DNA of 64,000 nt from an uncultured Verrucomicrobiae bacterium (GCA_963764165.1 CAVXRD010000002.1:448001-512000); one strand, 5' to 3'. Numbered from the stretch's first letter, positions 43,640-55,770 are shown. Numbers and translations are program-made. The notes: a model not told the origin generated them from the sequence alone.

Positions 43640-44413
43640 CTAAGAACTGACCGGAGTTCCCTCCTTGAGCCAGCGCAGCGCGACCTCGTACTGCGATTCT
43701 GAAAAGTGTTTGACCTGCACATCAACAAGATGGGCGGCAATCTTGGGCAATTCCCCCAGAAGTTTGCTGTCGGTCACCATCGCAAGTCGGACAATCTTCT
43801 GGTGATGGCTTTTGATGAATTGCATATGAGCGAGGAACGCTTCGGGATTCGCCCAGCCGGGAAATGCTCTGGCGTGAATCAGCAAACCGGATAGTTTTCC
43901 ATGTTTCGCGATATATGGATCGATCTCGCGAACCAGGCCCTCGAAGTCTGCCGCTTCAAGCGGCGCTTCGGGTTCGAGTATGAGTATCCCTTCGGGCAAG
44001 AGCAGTTGGTGTTTAAGCCTGTGTTGTCCTCCTGTTTTGTTTCCTGTCGCTACAGATTCATCCAACCACCTCCGTGCCTCAGCGGCATCGGTGTGATTGA
44101 AATACTGGACCGTTGCTTTCGTGAACGGTTTGCAGAATGTGGCCATGCCATGCTGCCACTTTTTATCCCCGACCATCGCGAGCCGTTCGATGTCTGCAAA
44201 ATGTCTAATATCGAATTTGATGTCCTCCCATAGCGCGCCAGCGTCCCAGCCGTGGAAACCAGTCATGTCGAACAGCACGCGCAGTTTTCCGTGCTGCCGG
44301 ACAAGTCGCTCGAATTCGGGAACAAAGTGTTCGTAATCCGCTTTTGTCAGCTTGCCGCTGATGTGAACGACGAGCGTCTTTCCGGCGTTTTCTTCATTAA
44401 GTTGAATGGGCAT
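43640..44413 (-). CDS. Tandem SpoIIAA-like (STAS/SEC14) domain protein
   Basis: Two repeats: [21 protein letters not shown] and LEAADFE..FPGW..RLAMVTD. Confidence 0.8.
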   Translation of the reverse strand: MPIQLNEENAGKTLVVHISGKLTKADYEHFVPEFERLVRQHGKLRVLFDMTGFHGWDAGALWEDIKFDIRHFADIERLAMVGDKKWQHGMATFCKPFTKATVQYFNHTDAAEARRWLDESVATGNKTGGQHRLKHQLLLPEGILILEPEAPLEAADFEGLVREIDPYIAKHGKLSGLLIHARAFPGWANPEAFLAHMQFIKSHHQKIVRLAMVTDSKLLGELPKIAAHLVDVQVKHFSESQYEVALRWLKEGTPVSS

Positions 44414-46844
44414 ATTGGGCTCCTTTGATTGGTTTCAGTTTGGGGGTGCGTTTATTATCCGCCAGCGGTTTTCCGTTGCGCGATTCGTTGTGATTCCACT
44501 TCCAATTCCGAATCTCCGGCAAGTCCTGGCCATGCTTGTCTATGTAATGCTTGTGCTCGATGAGCTTGTCTTGCATCTGCTGTTTCAAGTAGGTCCCCTT
44601 GGTGCCCAGTCCCGGCACGCGATCAACCACATCTTGCACCAAGTGGAATCGGTCCAAGTCGTTCTGAACTCTCATGTCGAAGGCCGTCGTGATCGTTCCT
44701 TCCTCTTTGTAGCCCCTAACGTGGATGTTCCGATTAGTTCGGCGGTAGGTCAGCCGGTGGACTAGCCAAGGGTATCCATGGAATCCAAATATGATGTGTT
44801 TGTCTTTGGTGAAGAGGGAATCGTAATCCGTTTCGCTCAGGCCATGAGGGTGCTCGCTTTGCGGCTGCAACTTCATCAAGTCAACGACATTGACCACTCG
44901 GATTTTCAGGTCAGGCAGATGCTGACGAAGAATGGAAACAGCCGCGAGAATCTCCAGCGTCGGCGTGTCGCCGCAGCAGGCCATCACGACGTCCGGTTCG
45001 TCTCCTTGATCGTTGCTGGCCCACTGCCAGATGCCAATACCTTCGGTGCAATGCATGACAGCGGCGTCCATGTCCAGCCATTGGGGGAGAGCGTGCTTTC
45101 CGGCTACGACGACATTGACATAATGGCGGCTCCGCAAGCAGTGATCAAATACTGAAAGCAGGCAATTTGCATCCGGCGGTAGATAGACGCGAACGATGTC
45201 GGCTTTTTTATTGATAACATGGTCCAGGAAACCAGGGTCTTGGTGTGTGAAGCCGTTGTGATCCTGCTGCCAGACGTGCGATGCGAGGAGATAATTGAGC
45301 GACGCAATTTTTCGACGCCAAGGCAATTCCGACGTCACCTTCAACCATTTGGCGTGCTGGCTGAACATGGAGTCAACAATCCGAATGAAAGCCTCATAAC
45401 TGTTAAACAGCCCGTGGCGACCCGTCAGCAAATAGCCTTCCAACCAACCCTCGCATTGGTGCTCGCTGAGCATGGAATCCAGCACTCTCCCGGCAGGCGC
45501 AAGATACTCATCATTTTTTACTTCTCTTGCGTCCCATTGACGGTTTGTGACTTCAAAAACCGCGCCTAAAAGATTTGACAGTGTCTCATCGGGACCGAAG
45601 ACGCGGAAATTATCATGATTGAGCTTGGCCACGTCGCGCAGGAATTTACCCAGAACGAGCGTGTCCTGGCCGTCAACGGCCCCGGGCGAAGGCACATCCA
45701 ACGCGTGGATGTGGAAGTCTGGCATGCGCAGGTCGTGCAATAACATGCCACCGTTGGCGTGCGGATTGGCACCCATCCGCCGGTCTCCCTTGGGCGCGAG
45801 TTCCGCTAACTCCGGTCTGAGGCGGCCATTTTCATCGAACAATTCCTCGGCCTTGTAGCTCTTCATCCAACTTTCAAGTTGGGCAACATGTTGCGGATGC
45901 TCGGAATCCACCAACAGCGGCACTTGGTGAGCCCGGAAAGTTCCTTCGACTTGCAGCCCATCAACTGTTTTCGGTCCGGTCCACCCCTTGGGAGACCTGA
46001 GAACAATCATCGGCCAGCGCGGCCGCATGGTGTCCTTATTGTCCCTGGCATTCTTTTGGATTTGTCGGATGTCCTCAATAGCCTTGTCCAACGTGGCAGC
46101 CATGAGTTCGTGCATCTTTTCAGGCTCATTCCCTTCGACAAAATACGGCGTCCAGCCGCACCCACGAAAGAATTGCTCCAATTCTTCGTGTTCGATGCGG
46201 GCCAGCACCGTCGGATTGCTGATCTTGTAACCATTGAGATGCAGGATCGGCAGAACGGCTCCGTCGGTAATTGGATCGAGCAGTTTATTGGACTGCCAGG
46301 CGGTCGCTAGGGGTCCTGTTTCGGCCTCGCCGTCGCCAACAATACACGCGACGATCAGGCTGGGATTATCGAACGCCGCTCCAAAAGCGTGACTGAGCGA
46401 ATAGCCCAGTTCGCCGCCTTCGTGAATCGAACCTGGCGTCGTCGGAGCGACGTGGCTGGAAATTCCACCCGGAAACGAGAATTGCTTGAACAGTTTCTGC
46501 AGCCCGGCTTCATCCTGGGTTATATCTGGGTAAACTTCACTCCAAGTGCCTTCGAGATAGACATTGCCCACAATCGCCGGGCCGCCGTGACCTGGTCCAG
46601 CGACATAAAACATATCCAGATCATATTTCTTGATGACTCTGTTCAGATGCACGTAGATGAAGTTCTGCCCCGGCGTCGTGCCCCAATGCCCGACCACTAA
46701 AGGTTTCACGTCGGATAATTTCAGCGGGCGTTTCAGCAGCGGATTATCGTAGAGATAAATCTGGCCGACCGACAGATAGTTCGCCGCACGCCAATAGGCG
46801 TCGGTTTTCTGGAGCAGGTCCGAGGAAAGAGTTTTAGTGTTCAT
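44397..46844 (-). CDS. xfp: Phosphoketolase (XFP family)
   Basis: [45 protein letters not shown]. Confidence 0.96.
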   Translation of the reverse strand: MNTKTLSSDLLQKTDAYWRAANYLSVGQIYLYDNPLLKRPLKLSDVKPLVVGHWGTTPGQNFIYVHLNRVIKKYDLDMFYVAGPGHGGPAIVGNVYLEGTWSEVYPDITQDEAGLQKLFKQFSFPGGISSHVAPTTPGSIHEGGELGYSLSHAFGAAFDNPSLIVACIVGDGEAETGPLATAWQSNKLLDPITDGAVLPILHLNGYKISNPTVLARIEHEELEQFFRGCGWTPYFVEGNEPEKMHELMAATLDKAIEDIRQIQKNARDNKDTMRPRWPMIVLRSPKGWTGPKTVDGLQVEGTFRAHQVPLLVDSEHPQHVAQLESWMKSYKAEELFDENGRLRPELAELAPKGDRRMGANPHANGGMLLHDLRMPDFHIHALDVPSPGAVDGQDTLVLGKFLRDVAKLNHDNFRVFGPDETLSNLLGAVFEVTNRQWDAREVKNDEYLAPAGRVLDSMLSEHQCEGWLEGYLLTGRHGLFNSYEAFIRIVDSMFSQHAKWLKVTSELPWRRKIASLNYLLASHVWQQDHNGFTHQDPGFLDHVINKKADIVRVYLPPDANCLLSVFDHCLRSRHYVNVVVAGKHALPQWLDMDAAVMHCTEGIGIWQWASNDQGDEPDVVMACCGDTPTLEILAAVSILRQHLPDLKIRVVNVVDLMKLQPQSEHPHGLSETDYDSLFTKDKHIIFGFHGYPWLVHRLTYRRTNRNIHVRGYKEEGTITTAFDMRVQNDLDRFHLVQDVVDRVPGLGTKGTYLKQQMQDKLIEHKHYIDKHGQDLPEIRNWKWNHNESRNGKPLADNKRTPKLKPIKGAQYAHST

Positions 46845-46858
46845 ATTTTATTATTTAA

Positions 46859-49042
46859 TTACAGTTTTATATTTTTCAGACGGAGCGCGTTGGTGATGAC
46901 GGAGACGGAACTCAAGCTCATCGCCGCCCCTGCGATGATGGGACTAAGAAGCCAGCCGAAAATTGGATAGAACAAACCGGCCGCGAGCGGAATTCCCAGC
47001 GCATTGTAAGCGAACGCGAAGAAAAGGTTTTGCCGAATGTTTCGCATCATGGAACGACTCAAGGTTATTGCCTTGGCGATACCGAGCAGATCACCTTTCA
47101 CGAGCGTAATTCCCGCGCTTTCCATCGCCACGTCCGTGCCGGTGCCCATGGCAATGCCGACGTTTGCCGCGGCGAGCGCGGGCGCGTCATTGATGCCATC
47201 ACCAGCCATCGCCACAATTTTGCCTTGCCGCCGCAATTGTTGGATTCGCTCGTGCTTGTCCTTCGGTTCAACACCCGCTGCCACTTCATCAAGTCCCAGT
47301 GTTTTGGCAACGGCGTTCGCTGTGCGCTCGTTGTCGCCGGTGAGCATGATGATTTTCAAGCCAAGCTTGTGCAGTTGCGTGATGGCTTCCGGCGTTGAGG
47401 CCTTGATGGGATCGGATACCGTGATAATTCCGGCTGCCTTACCATTGATGGCGACAAACATGGCCGTCTGTCCCTCCGCCTGTAGAGCGGATGCCTTGGG
47501 TACAATGCCCTCCAAATCCACGACATTGCGTTCGTGAAGAAATTCCAGTTTGCCGACAGCGATCTCGCGCCCGCTGATTTTTCCAACGACTCCGCCGCCC
47601 GTGATGGAATTGAAATCCGCGACCGATTGCAATGGGAGATTACGTTCCTTCGCACCGCGAACAATCGCGGCGGCGAGGGGGTGTTCGCTGTATTGTTCAA
47701 CCGACGCGGCCATGAGCAACAAATCATCCTCGGTTATGCCATTGACCGGAAGAATCTGCGTGAGGCGCGGTTTCCCTTCGGTAAGTGTGCCGGTTTTGTC
47801 CACGACGACGGTGGTGACTTTCTCCATGACTTCCATGGCTTCGGCATTGCGAATAAGCACGCCCGCCCGCGCACCGCGACCAATCCCGACCATGACGGAC
47901 ATCGGCGTGGCGAGTCCGAGCGCACATGGACACGCAATGATCAGCACTGCAACCGCATTTACAATTGCATGAGCGAAGCGCGGTTCTGGACCGAGCAAGG
48001 TCCAGATTACGAAGGTTAATACCGCACAGGCCAGCACCGCCGGAACAAACCAGCCAGAAACTTTATCGGCTAATGCCTGGATCGGCGCGCGGCTGCGTTG
48101 AGCATCGTCAACCATCTTGACGATGCGCGCCAGCACGGTCTCGCTGCCGACGTGTTCAGCTTGCATGAGAAAGCTTCCGGTGGTGTTGAGCGTGCCGCCA
48201 GTTAGCTTGTCACCGGCGTTTTTCTCCACGGGAATCGGCTCGCCGGAAATCATGGACTCATCCACCGAGGTTTTGCCGTCGAGCAAGATGCCATCCACCG
48301 GAATCGTTTCGCCGGGACGGACCCGCAGTTTCGCTCCGGCTTGAACCGATTCGAGTGGAACGTCGCGTTCTTCGTTGGCTTGAACTATACGCGCGGTTTT
48401 GGGCGCGAGATTGAGCAAGGCACGGATGGCACTGCCGGTTTTGCTCCGTGCCCGTAATTCAAGCACTTGGCCGAGCAGCACCAGCACGACAACCACCGCT
48501 GCCGCCTCGAAATAAATTCCCACCTTGCCATCAGGTGCGAATGAAATCGGAAATGCGCCCGACACAACCATCACCACTGCGCTAAACAGATAGGCCGTGC
48601 CCACGCCAATGGCGATGAGCGTGAACATATTCAAGTGGCGCGTGACGATTGAATGCCAGCCGCGCTTGAAGAAAGGCCAACCCGCCCACAGCACGACAGG
48701 TGTTGAAAGAACAAACTGAATCCAGCGCGAAGTGTCACTCATCACCCAGCTTTGGTGACGCACCGCAGGAACGATGTGCGCCATTGCTAATACGAAGACC
48801 GGGAGTGCGAGCGTTCCGCCGATCCAAAACCGGCGAGTCATGTCCGTGAGTTCGGGATTTTCTTCCTGAACGGCTGATAAGGTTTGAGGCTCCAACGTCA
48901 TGCCGCATATCGGACAGTTACCCAGATGGTCCTGTTGGATTTGAGGATGCATCGGGCAGGTGTAAATCGTTTTGACCGATGCAGGGAAGACTGGCGCTGG
49001 TCCTCGCGTAACAAAGGTGGCAGGAATGGAATCAATCGTCAT
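46859..49042 (-). CDS. copA: Heavy-metal (Cu-type, P1B-1) P-type ATPase
   Basis: [41 protein letters not shown] and MSLSS. Confidence 0.9.
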   Translation of the reverse strand: MTIDSIPATFVTRGPAPVFPASVKTIYTCPMHPQIQQDHLGNCPICGMTLEPQTLSAVQEENPELTDMTRRFWIGGTLALPVFVLAMAHIVPAVRHQSWVMSDTSRWIQFVLSTPVVLWAGWPFFKRGWHSIVTRHLNMFTLIAIGVGTAYLFSAVVMVVSGAFPISFAPDGKVGIYFEAAAVVVVLVLLGQVLELRARSKTGSAIRALLNLAPKTARIVQANEERDVPLESVQAGAKLRVRPGETIPVDGILLDGKTSVDESMISGEPIPVEKNAGDKLTGGTLNTTGSFLMQAEHVGSETVLARIVKMVDDAQRSRAPIQALADKVSGWFVPAVLACAVLTFVIWTLLGPEPRFAHAIVNAVAVLIIACPCALGLATPMSVMVGIGRGARAGVLIRNAEAMEVMEKVTTVVVDKTGTLTEGKPRLTQILPVNGITEDDLLLMAASVEQYSEHPLAAAIVRGAKERNLPLQSVADFNSITGGGVVGKISGREIAVGKLEFLHERNVVDLEGIVPKASALQAEGQTAMFVAINGKAAGIITVSDPIKASTPEAITQLHKLGLKIIMLTGDNERTANAVAKTLGLDEVAAGVEPKDKHERIQQLRRQGKIVAMAGDGINDAPALAAANVGIAMGTGTDVAMESAGITLVKGDLLGIAKAITLSRSMMRNIRQNLFFAFAYNALGIPLAAGLFYPIFGWLLSPIIAGAAMSLSSVSVITNALRLKNIKL

Positions 49043-49181
49043 ATCGTTTCCTTTGGATTAGGCCGATGCGATCAACCGTTCCGTGCAGTCCGCGCTTAAG
49101 CGGTTTGACCGTCTCATGCAGCGCAAACTTGATGCTCGAAGAGCCGCCATTGATAGTCAGGATTGATGGTTTTTCGCTCAT
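49032..49181 (-). pseudogene. ackA: Acetate kinase N-terminal remnant
   Basis: SILTINGGSSSIKFAL...G.VDRIG, then ends after ~45 codons at the P-ATPase start. Confidence 0.8.
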
Positions 49182-49804
49182 CCTGCGACCTCCAATCCGT
49201 ACGCAGCAAGTTTCGTGCAAGTGGATTTGTAATCAGTATGGAGGATGCCCCGAATCCCAAAACCTTCCGCGACTTGGACGAACAGCGGGGTGTTTTCGAT
49301 ATAGACAATCCGCCGGGCGGGCCTTTGGGCAATGTCAAGCGCCAGTTTGAAAATATCCTCGTCCGGTTTTCGGAGACAAACGAAGCAGGAGGAAATAAAA
49401 GCATCTACAAATCCGTCCAGCTTGAATTGTTGAATCCGGTAGGCATTCAATTCGCGGGATTCGTTGCTGACAACGATAATCTTCAACCCATATTTGGCCT
49501 TCAATTTGCGAACCAGTGCAATCATTTCGGCGAAAGGCTTCGACTGCGCGAACATGAAGCGTCGAAACTCGTCCCGTGTGAAAGCACGCTTTTGATAAAA
49601 AACAACCCGGTCTAAATATTCTTTGAAAGTAGTTTTATCCTCCTCATGAGTTTCAAAGTTTAACTCATGGCGCTCCTGCATTTCGGACGAATTCAGCTTG
49701 AAGTGCTTCGCCGCCCGTCGTCGCGCTTGATGATCCCAACCGTTGGTGAGCAGTACACCACCAATGTCCACAAACAAGGCCGAGATGGGGGCTCCACTTT
49801 TCAT
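49178..49804 (-). CDS. HAD-family phosphatase
   Basis: LFVDIGGVLL, VSN, RKPDEDIF. Confidence 0.85.
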   Translation of the reverse strand: MKSGAPISALFVDIGGVLLTNGWDHQARRRAAKHFKLNSSEMQERHELNFETHEEDKTTFKEYLDRVVFYQKRAFTRDEFRRFMFAQSKPFAEMIALVRKLKAKYGLKIIVVSNESRELNAYRIQQFKLDGFVDAFISSCFVCLRKPDEDIFKLALDIAQRPARRIVYIENTPLFVQVAEGFGIRGILHTDYKSTCTKLAAYGLEVAG

Positions 49805-50001
49805 GAGGCTGGGAGGGGTGAAGCCTGGACAATCGACCTCGTCATAGCCTGATACATCATGTCCTCGCTGAGGAATGGTGCGCCAACGAGTTCGTAACCA
49901 GCGCGTAATTGTTCGTTCACTTTTCGTGCCAGCTCGTCATGGGTCGCGGCATCGGCGTGAAACGGTACCGCGACGATGATGTATTCGATTGGAGCTTTCA
50001 T
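49801..50001 (-). CDS. Small protein, DUF1737-like
   Basis: LARKVNEQLRAGYELVGAP...YQAM; coupled to the next gene. Confidence 0.55.
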   Translation of the reverse strand: MKAPIEYIIVAVPFHADAATHDELARKVNEQLRAGYELVGAPFLSEDMMYQAMTRSIVQASPLPAS

Positions 50002-50088
50002 GCCGGGTTAAGTCGAGAGTTCTTTCTCTTGGCGATTTCCTACTTTTGTTGTGATTGCTGGGTTATCATAAAATGGGCTGCGGAAAGG

Positions 50089-52659
50089 TCATCGCTGCCA
50101 CAGGATTCGTGAGTTTTCCAGAGGGATTGCAACCCCTTCGCAAAAAGGTATCGCGCGTGCAGTATATACGCCTGCTGGTCGGACCGCAGAAACGGTCGCG
50201 CTGTAAACGTAACCACCGGATTTGCCATTGATTTGGCAAATGCTCTTCATTTCCTGTCGGACTGGATTGCCCCCGTTAACGCCGTCAGCGTAAAGTTCGA
50301 CTCGCACCGCCTTGGGGTTTAGGTCATTGAGATAAAGTTGAATTTCGAAGAAATGTTGATTGTCCTTAGTCTGCACCTTCACTTCGCCGAAATGGAGACC
50401 GGCCCATTTCTGTTCCAGACTATGCCGCCAATCAACCATTTGCCTGCCGACCGCGCCTTTGCTGCCAATTCGTGCCTGGCAAGCTATCGACGCCGGGAGA
50501 TAATGCTTTTCGGTATATTCGCAGACGGCGCGGTTGGCGGAGAAGCGCGGCGTCAACCGCGCCATGCTTTCCCTCATTCGCCCCACCCAGGCCGTAGGAA
50601 TGCCTTTTTCGTCGCGGGAATAAAATTCGGGGATCACCTCGCGTTCAAGCCGTTCGTAAAGCGCCTCGGCTTCAGCCGCGTCCCACGACGGATCGCCGCC
50701 ATGTTCCCGACAGTCGCCCAGTGCCCAGCCCAACTCCGGCAGATACGCTTCCGCCCACCAGCCGTCCAATTCCGAAAGATTTATGCCGCCGTTGACCAGC
50801 ACTTTCATTCCACTCGTGCCGCACGCCTCCCAAGGTCGCTGTGGCGTGTTGAGCCAGACATCCACCCCTTGCACCAAGCGTTCGGTCAAGTGCATGTCGA
50901 AGTCGCTCAAGAAAATTGCGTGAGGCCGGACATCGGGTCGGCGAATGAATTGAATCCATTTCTGAATCAACACCTGTCCCGCTTGATCCGCAGGATGAGC
51001 TTTGCCCGCAATGATGAGTTGCACCGGGCGCTGGGGATTTGATAACAGGCGAAGCAGTCGCTCCGGGTCTTGCAGCAGCAGATTTGGTCTTTTGTAGGTC
51101 GCAAAGCGCCTGGCAAAACCCAATGTCAGCGCATTGGGGTCAAACAGATGTTTCGCCTCTTCAATCGCCTCGGACGACGCTCCGGCGGCGGCAAAGTGCT
51201 GGGCCAGCCGTTCGCGAGCGTATTCAACTAGGGAGTTGCTGGTGGCGAGGCGAAATTTCCAAAGGGTGTCGTCAGAGACACCGCGAATGTCCTGCTCCAA
51301 CTTTTCCGAGTTTCCCAGCCAGCGGTCTTTGCCACAAGCTTTCGTCCAAAGTTCGTCGGCTGCCGCCGAATCCCAAGTCGGCATGTGAACCCCGTTGGTC
51401 ACATAGCCGATGGGCACTTCGTCTGCCGGCCAGTTTGGAAAAAGCGGTTCGAAAAGATGGCGGCTGACTTTTCCATGCAGACGGCTCACGCCATTCACCG
51501 ACCCGCTGCCACGGATTGCCAGATAAGCCATGTTGAAACTTTCCGACGCGTCGTTTGGATTCTGGCGGCCCAAGGCCAGCAAATCGTAAAGGGAAATTCC
51601 GAGTTTCTTCTCTGCATAACCGCCGAGATATTGCTCGATGAGCGCCGGAGTGAAACGATCAAAGCCCGCAGCTACCGCCGTGTGGGTTGTGAAAAGATTT
51701 CCCGCGCGCGTGGCGGACAGTGCCACTGCAAAAGGCACCGCGTTCTCCTGCATGAAACCGCGAGCGCGCTCCAACACGGCAAAGGCCGCATGACCTTCGT
51801 TCAGATGACAGACATCCGGTTTGATGCGGAGGGCCGCGAGCAACCGCCAGCCGCCGATGCCCAGCAGCATTTCTTGTTTGAGGCGCAACTCCGGTCCGCC
51901 GCCGTATAACTCGCTGGTGATGCCGCGATGCGCGGGGAAGTTGGCCGCGTCATTGCTGTCCAACAGGTAAAGTTTCACCCGCCCCACTTGCACTTGCCAC
52001 GCGCGCAGCCAGACCGAGTAGCCCGGCAGGACGATTTCCAATCGCAACCACTCGCCATCTGGCTGGCGTAACGGTGTGATCGGCAACTGTCCGGGATCGT
52101 TATACGGGTAAAGAGCCTGTTGCGCTCCGTCCTTGTCGATCACCTGACGAAAATAGCCTTGCTGGTAAAGCAGTCCCAAGCCGACCACCGGCACGCCCAG
52201 GTCGCTGGCGGCTTTGAGTTGATCGCCGGCCACATTGCCGAGACCGCCGGAGTAAATGGGGAGCGCCTCACTCAACATATACTCCATGCTGAAATACGCG
52301 ACGCACTTCAATGGCGACTCCGGGTACTTCTGTTGAAACCACGCAGGCGTCTCCGCCGCCTGACGCTTGGCATGCAGCAGGTCATCCATGTTTTTGCGAA
52401 AAGTTGAATCGGCCAGCGCGCTTTTGAGTTTGTCCTTGGAGACAGTTTGCAAAACCACCCAGGGGTTTTGCGTGAGTTTCCACAGCGCCGGATCGAGTTG
52501 CCACCACACTTCGTCGGTGGTGTGGTTCCATGACCAGCGCAAATCCAGCGCCAGCTCTGCCAGGGAATCGAAGCCCTCGATTTCCGTTGGCAAAGAATCA
52601 TAGTTCGGGTGTCTGGCCGATGCTTGTTTGTTTGTCATCAAAGTGTTTTTCGTGTTCAC
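50089..52659 (-). CDS. glgP: Alpha-glucan (glycogen) phosphorylase
   Basis: YFSME, YSGGLG, HLNEGH, ARRFATYKR, EACGTSGMK. Confidence 0.95.
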   Translation of the reverse strand: MNTKNTLMTNKQASARHPNYDSLPTEIEGFDSLAELALDLRWSWNHTTDEVWWQLDPALWKLTQNPWVVLQTVSKDKLKSALADSTFRKNMDDLLHAKRQAAETPAWFQQKYPESPLKCVAYFSMEYMLSEALPIYSGGLGNVAGDQLKAASDLGVPVVGLGLLYQQGYFRQVIDKDGAQQALYPYNDPGQLPITPLRQPDGEWLRLEIVLPGYSVWLRAWQVQVGRVKLYLLDSNDAANFPAHRGITSELYGGGPELRLKQEMLLGIGGWRLLAALRIKPDVCHLNEGHAAFAVLERARGFMQENAVPFAVALSATRAGNLFTTHTAVAAGFDRFTPALIEQYLGGYAEKKLGISLYDLLALGRQNPNDASESFNMAYLAIRGSGSVNGVSRLHGKVSRHLFEPLFPNWPADEVPIGYVTNGVHMPTWDSAAADELWTKACGKDRWLGNSEKLEQDIRGVSDDTLWKFRLATSNSLVEYARERLAQHFAAAGASSEAIEEAKHLFDPNALTLGFARRFATYKRPNLLLQDPERLLRLLSNPQRPVQLIIAGKAHPADQAGQVLIQKWIQFIRRPDVRPHAIFLSDFDMHLTERLVQGVDVWLNTPQRPWEACGTSGMKVLVNGGINLSELDGWWAEAYLPELGWALGDCREHGGDPSWDAAEAEALYERLEREVIPEFYSRDEKGIPTAWVGRMRESMARLTPRFSANRAVCEYTEKHYLPASIACQARIGSKGAVGRQMVDWRHSLEQKWAGLHFGEVKVQTKDNQHFFEIQLYLNDLNPKAVRVELYADGVNGGNPVRQEMKSICQINGKSGGYVYSATVSAVRPAGVYTARAIPFCEGVAIPLENSRILWQR

Positions 52660-53150
52660 GGCTTGTTTTCCAAATCCACCACTTTCGCCAAGCGGCGACG
52701 AAAACGCGCCGCGCCGGTAAATCGGGCCGCAAGAAATGTCTGCGCCAATTCCAAGGCTAATGCGTGACCAACCACAAGGCCGCCGAAGCAGATTAGGTTC
52801 AAATCGTCGTCTTCGACGCCTTGATGAGCCGAAAAATTTTCATGAATCAAACAAGCCCGCACTCCCGGCACTTTGTTCGCGCAAACGGATGCCCCAACAC
52901 CGCTGCCACAAATGCCCACACCGCGACCCACCGTCCCGGCGGCAACCGCCCGGGCCAGCGGCGTGATAAAATCCGGATAGTCATCGTGCTCTTTCGGCCT
53001 ACCGTCCCCGAAGTCAATTACTTCATGTCCGGATTCGCGCAATTTCCCGGCCAGATACTGCTTTAATTCATAACCGCCGTGGTCTGCGGCCATCCCGACG
53101 CGAAGGCGCGTTCCCTCCGGTTCTTTCGTCGGCGCGCTTGGCGCGCTCAC
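52656..53150 (-). CDS. rpiB: RpiB/LacA/LacB family sugar-phosphate isomerase
   Basis: ADHGG, DDYPD, ICGSGVG, ANKVPGVRA. Confidence 0.88.
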   Translation of the reverse strand: MSAPSAPTKEPEGTRLRVGMAADHGGYELKQYLAGKLRESGHEVIDFGDGRPKEHDDYPDFITPLARAVAAGTVGRGVGICGSGVGASVCANKVPGVRACLIHENFSAHQGVEDDDLNLICFGGLVVGHALALELAQTFLAARFTGAARFRRRLAKVVDLENKP

Positions 53151-54127
53151 TGCGGAAGCTCCGGCCCTACGCGGTTTGAGACTTCCTTGGCACGATTCGT
53201 GTCATCAATTTGCTTTTTGATTTCGCCTTCCTTGTGTCCATTGGATCGTTCCTGGCCAAGACCCATGGTCAATGCTGTCATTCCGGCTAATCCTCCGAGC
53301 TGCATGGATTCCACAGCGGTGCTGGGAACAATCACTATCGTTGAGTTTTCCTTCAACCCCTCGTATAGCATGTTCATGGCCCGCAAGTGAAAGGCGATTG
53401 GATTGTGCTCGTAGCTTTTGCCGGCTTCGGCGAACTTCTCCGCGATCTGGCGTTCGGCGTCACCCAGGATTACACGAGCTTGCCGCTCTCGTTCCGCCTG
53501 CGCCTGCATGGACATCGCGTCCTCCAGTCCTGCGGGAATCAAAACATCCTTCACTTCCACCGAAATGACATTGATGCCCCAAGGTTCAGTCCGCTCATCA
53601 ATGATCTTTTGCAAGACGCTGCTGATTTTGTCCCGTCCCTCCAGCATGTCTGAAAGCATGGTTTTGCCGATCACATCGCGCAGAGCCGTTTGAGACGCCC
53701 AACTGATGGCGCTTTGATAGTCGGCTACGTCCAAAGCCGCCTTCTTCGGGTCCACCACTTTCCAAAACAGCACGGCATCCACATCCACTGGCACGGTGTC
53801 TTTGGTCAGAGTTTTTTCCGCTTTGAAACCGGTCGTGATAACGCGGGTATCAATCCAATACGGAATTGCATCAAGGACAGGCAGAATGAAAAACAGCCCA
53901 GGCCCTCGCAGAGCGTGGAAGTGGCCCAAGCGCAATATCACCGCCCTGTCCCATTGATCCGCGACCTGAATTGCCGAAGCGACGACCAACGCCACAATAA
54001 AACCAACAACCCCAATCCCGGCGGCTTCCACGATGTTGCCGACTCTATATCTGGCGTAGGCCAACGCAGCCCCCACCCCCAGGATCACGACAAATGTCAA
54101 AATTGCGAACGATCTGTTTTGTTTCAT
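53147..54127 (-). CDS. SPFH/band-7 (stomatin-like) membrane protein
   Basis: RAVILRLG, LTKDTVPVDVDAV, QTALRDVIG, QAQAERERQA. Confidence 0.92.
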   Translation of the reverse strand: MKQNRSFAILTFVVILGVGAALAYARYRVGNIVEAAGIGVVGFIVALVVASAIQVADQWDRAVILRLGHFHALRGPGLFFILPVLDAIPYWIDTRVITTGFKAEKTLTKDTVPVDVDAVLFWKVVDPKKAALDVADYQSAISWASQTALRDVIGKTMLSDMLEGRDKISSVLQKIIDERTEPWGINVISVEVKDVLIPAGLEDAMSMQAQAERERQARVILGDAERQIAEKFAEAGKSYEHNPIAFHLRAMNMLYEGLKENSTIVIVPSTAVESMQLGGLAGMTALTMGLGQERSNGHKEGEIKKQIDDTNRAKEVSNRVGPELPQ

Positions 54128-54525
54128 AAATCACCTTCAATCTTTTCTCTGGCGCCTTGACGCATTTGATCATGCTCCGCGCCTTCAACGCCTTCTTCCA
54201 CGAGCCTCTGGTTATCGCTGCGCCCTTCCTCATCTTCATCCTCACTGGGAGCCACCGTGACTTTGCTTCCAGTGGAGCCGGGGATTGGATCCCAGCGCTC
54301 AGATTCGGGCGCGGACTCCAGGATGGCTTCTTTGGGGTCGGCATCCGGCTTGCCTGTAAGTTCCCGTTTGGCTTGTTCCCAATCAGATTTCGACACCTCC
54401 TGCTTGGATCGTCCGTTGATAACAGACAATTCAACCGCCCGTTCGCGCACCATCTTGCGTGTCACGGTGCCGAGGCCGGCGGAATTTTCCGTCAACGTCC
54501 CTTCCTTCAATGGATTCGTTTTCAT
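54124..54525 (-). CDS. Hypothetical acidic protein (DUF2934-like N-terminal part)
   Basis: VRERAVEL..NGR....DWEQAKREL; in operon context. Confidence 0.6.
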   Translation of the reverse strand: MKTNPLKEGTLTENSAGLGTVTRKMVRERAVELSVINGRSKQEVSKSDWEQAKRELTGKPDADPKEAILESAPESERWDPIPGSTGSKVTVAPSEDEDEEGRSDNQRLVEEGVEGAEHDQMRQGAREKIEGDL

Positions 54526-54536
54526 GAAGCTAAGAA

Positions 54537-54755
54537 TTATCGCCCGTGCGGAAATGTTTGCGCATTGTGCGACGTTTTCATCTGGCGCGCGCCGCGATCC
54601 TCGCGCGTGTCGCGGGATTTGGAAAAGGTGTTATCCCGCTTCTGCTGCTTTGGCTCCAACGTCGCTAGACTGGTTTTCGGTCGGAGCCTGTGAAGCGTTT
54701 TTGGGAAAACAGATGTTTGAAGGGTTGATGCCACTTCGAGTGATGCCTTTGTCAT
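54537..54755 (-). CDS. Hypothetical small basic protein
   Basis: 72-aa ORF filling the gap between co-oriented genes. Confidence 0.4.
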   Translation of the reverse strand: MTKASLEVASTLQTSVFPKTLHRLRPKTSLATLEPKQQKRDNTFSKSRDTREDRGARQMKTSHNAQTFPHGR

Positions 54756-54774
54756 AAATTTGTTTTTGCCTTAT

Positions 54775-55032
54775 TTACGTTTTGTTGTGGAATCCATGGA
54801 CACGAGTGAGGTTGCGTTCCGCGAGCAAGTCCGCCTCGGCTTTTAGCCAGTGCTGTACGTCGCGGCCCGGCAAAGAACCCTCGTTCACATAACTGAAGTA
54901 AGCCTTTCTGGCTACTTCGTCCGCGGATGGCACAAAATCATTTCGACCTTGCGTAAGCTCGGCTGCGGCGGTCGAACGCGTGGCCTGGGTCGTTGATTGG
55001 TCTTTCTCCCGAGAGGAATTAGTGTGTTTCAT
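54775..55032 (-). CDS. DUF2934-family protein
   Basis: DEVARKAYFSYVNEGSLPGRDVQHWLKAE. Confidence 0.75.
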   Translation of the reverse strand: MKHTNSSREKDQSTTQATRSTAAAELTQGRNDFVPSADEVARKAYFSYVNEGSLPGRDVQHWLKAEADLLAERNLTRVHGFHNKT

Positions 55033-55056
55033 AAATAGAAAATCGTCTGGACGAGC

Positions 55057-55770
55057 TCAATCTGGAGCGCCAACCAAGACCATCGAGTGCGCGGGACTCT
55101 TTTCAACACCGTTGGTGGTCAGATTTACAAATACCGTGGATTCATCGTAACTGATCCGTTCGACCTTGCCGGTCGGTATCTGCACCTCTTTGCCTGAGAA
55201 GCGGTGTCCGGTTTTGATGATTACCTGGGTAATCGCCCAGCTTTCGTCGTCCATCATAAAGTCGCAGACATGGCCCATCAGTCCGTCGCTTGCCTTGATA
55301 TGGTAACCATTGACAGCTTTCGTGCTGCGCAGATGCGCTGCGGCCTGGTTATGCAGCGGGGCTTCGGCGGAAATTGATTTTGCTGGCGCAGAGGTCGGCG
55401 GCAATTCCATCATTGGCACGCTGCTCATGCCCCATAACGCATCTCCCTGCCAGTAGTAGGGCCAGCCGTAGTATCGGTGATACTCTTCTTCGTATTCACG
55501 GGACACGGGTTTGTGCGTGTCAATCGAAGGGCTGTGCTCGATTTGTTTTCGGGTCAACTTTACCCGCAGAACCTTCTCTGCTTGATGAAGACGCCCGAAC
55601 GCATGGGGTGAAATGAGCACCGCCCGGCCCGCCAACCATGAACCGGTTTCCACGACCACATAACGAATGGCCCACTTCTGGTCATCGAAATAAAAATCCT
55701 TCACATGGCCGATCTCACCGTCTGAGGCGCCGAGCGCATTTCCTTCCAATTGTTTGATGCTTCGTAACAT
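55057..55770 (-). CDS. Tandem PRC-barrel domain protein
   Basis: ASDGEIGHVKDFYFDD..WAIRYVVVETG, repeated as ASDGLMGHVCDFMMDDESWAI. Confidence 0.88.
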   Translation of the reverse strand: MLRSIKQLEGNALGASDGEIGHVKDFYFDDQKWAIRYVVVETGSWLAGRAVLISPHAFGRLHQAEKVLRVKLTRKQIEHSPSIDTHKPVSREYEEEYHRYYGWPYYWQGDALWGMSSVPMMELPPTSAPAKSISAEAPLHNQAAAHLRSTKAVNGYHIKASDGLMGHVCDFMMDDESWAITQVIIKTGHRFSGKEVQIPTGKVERISYDESTVFVNLTTNGVEKSPAHSMVLVGAPD

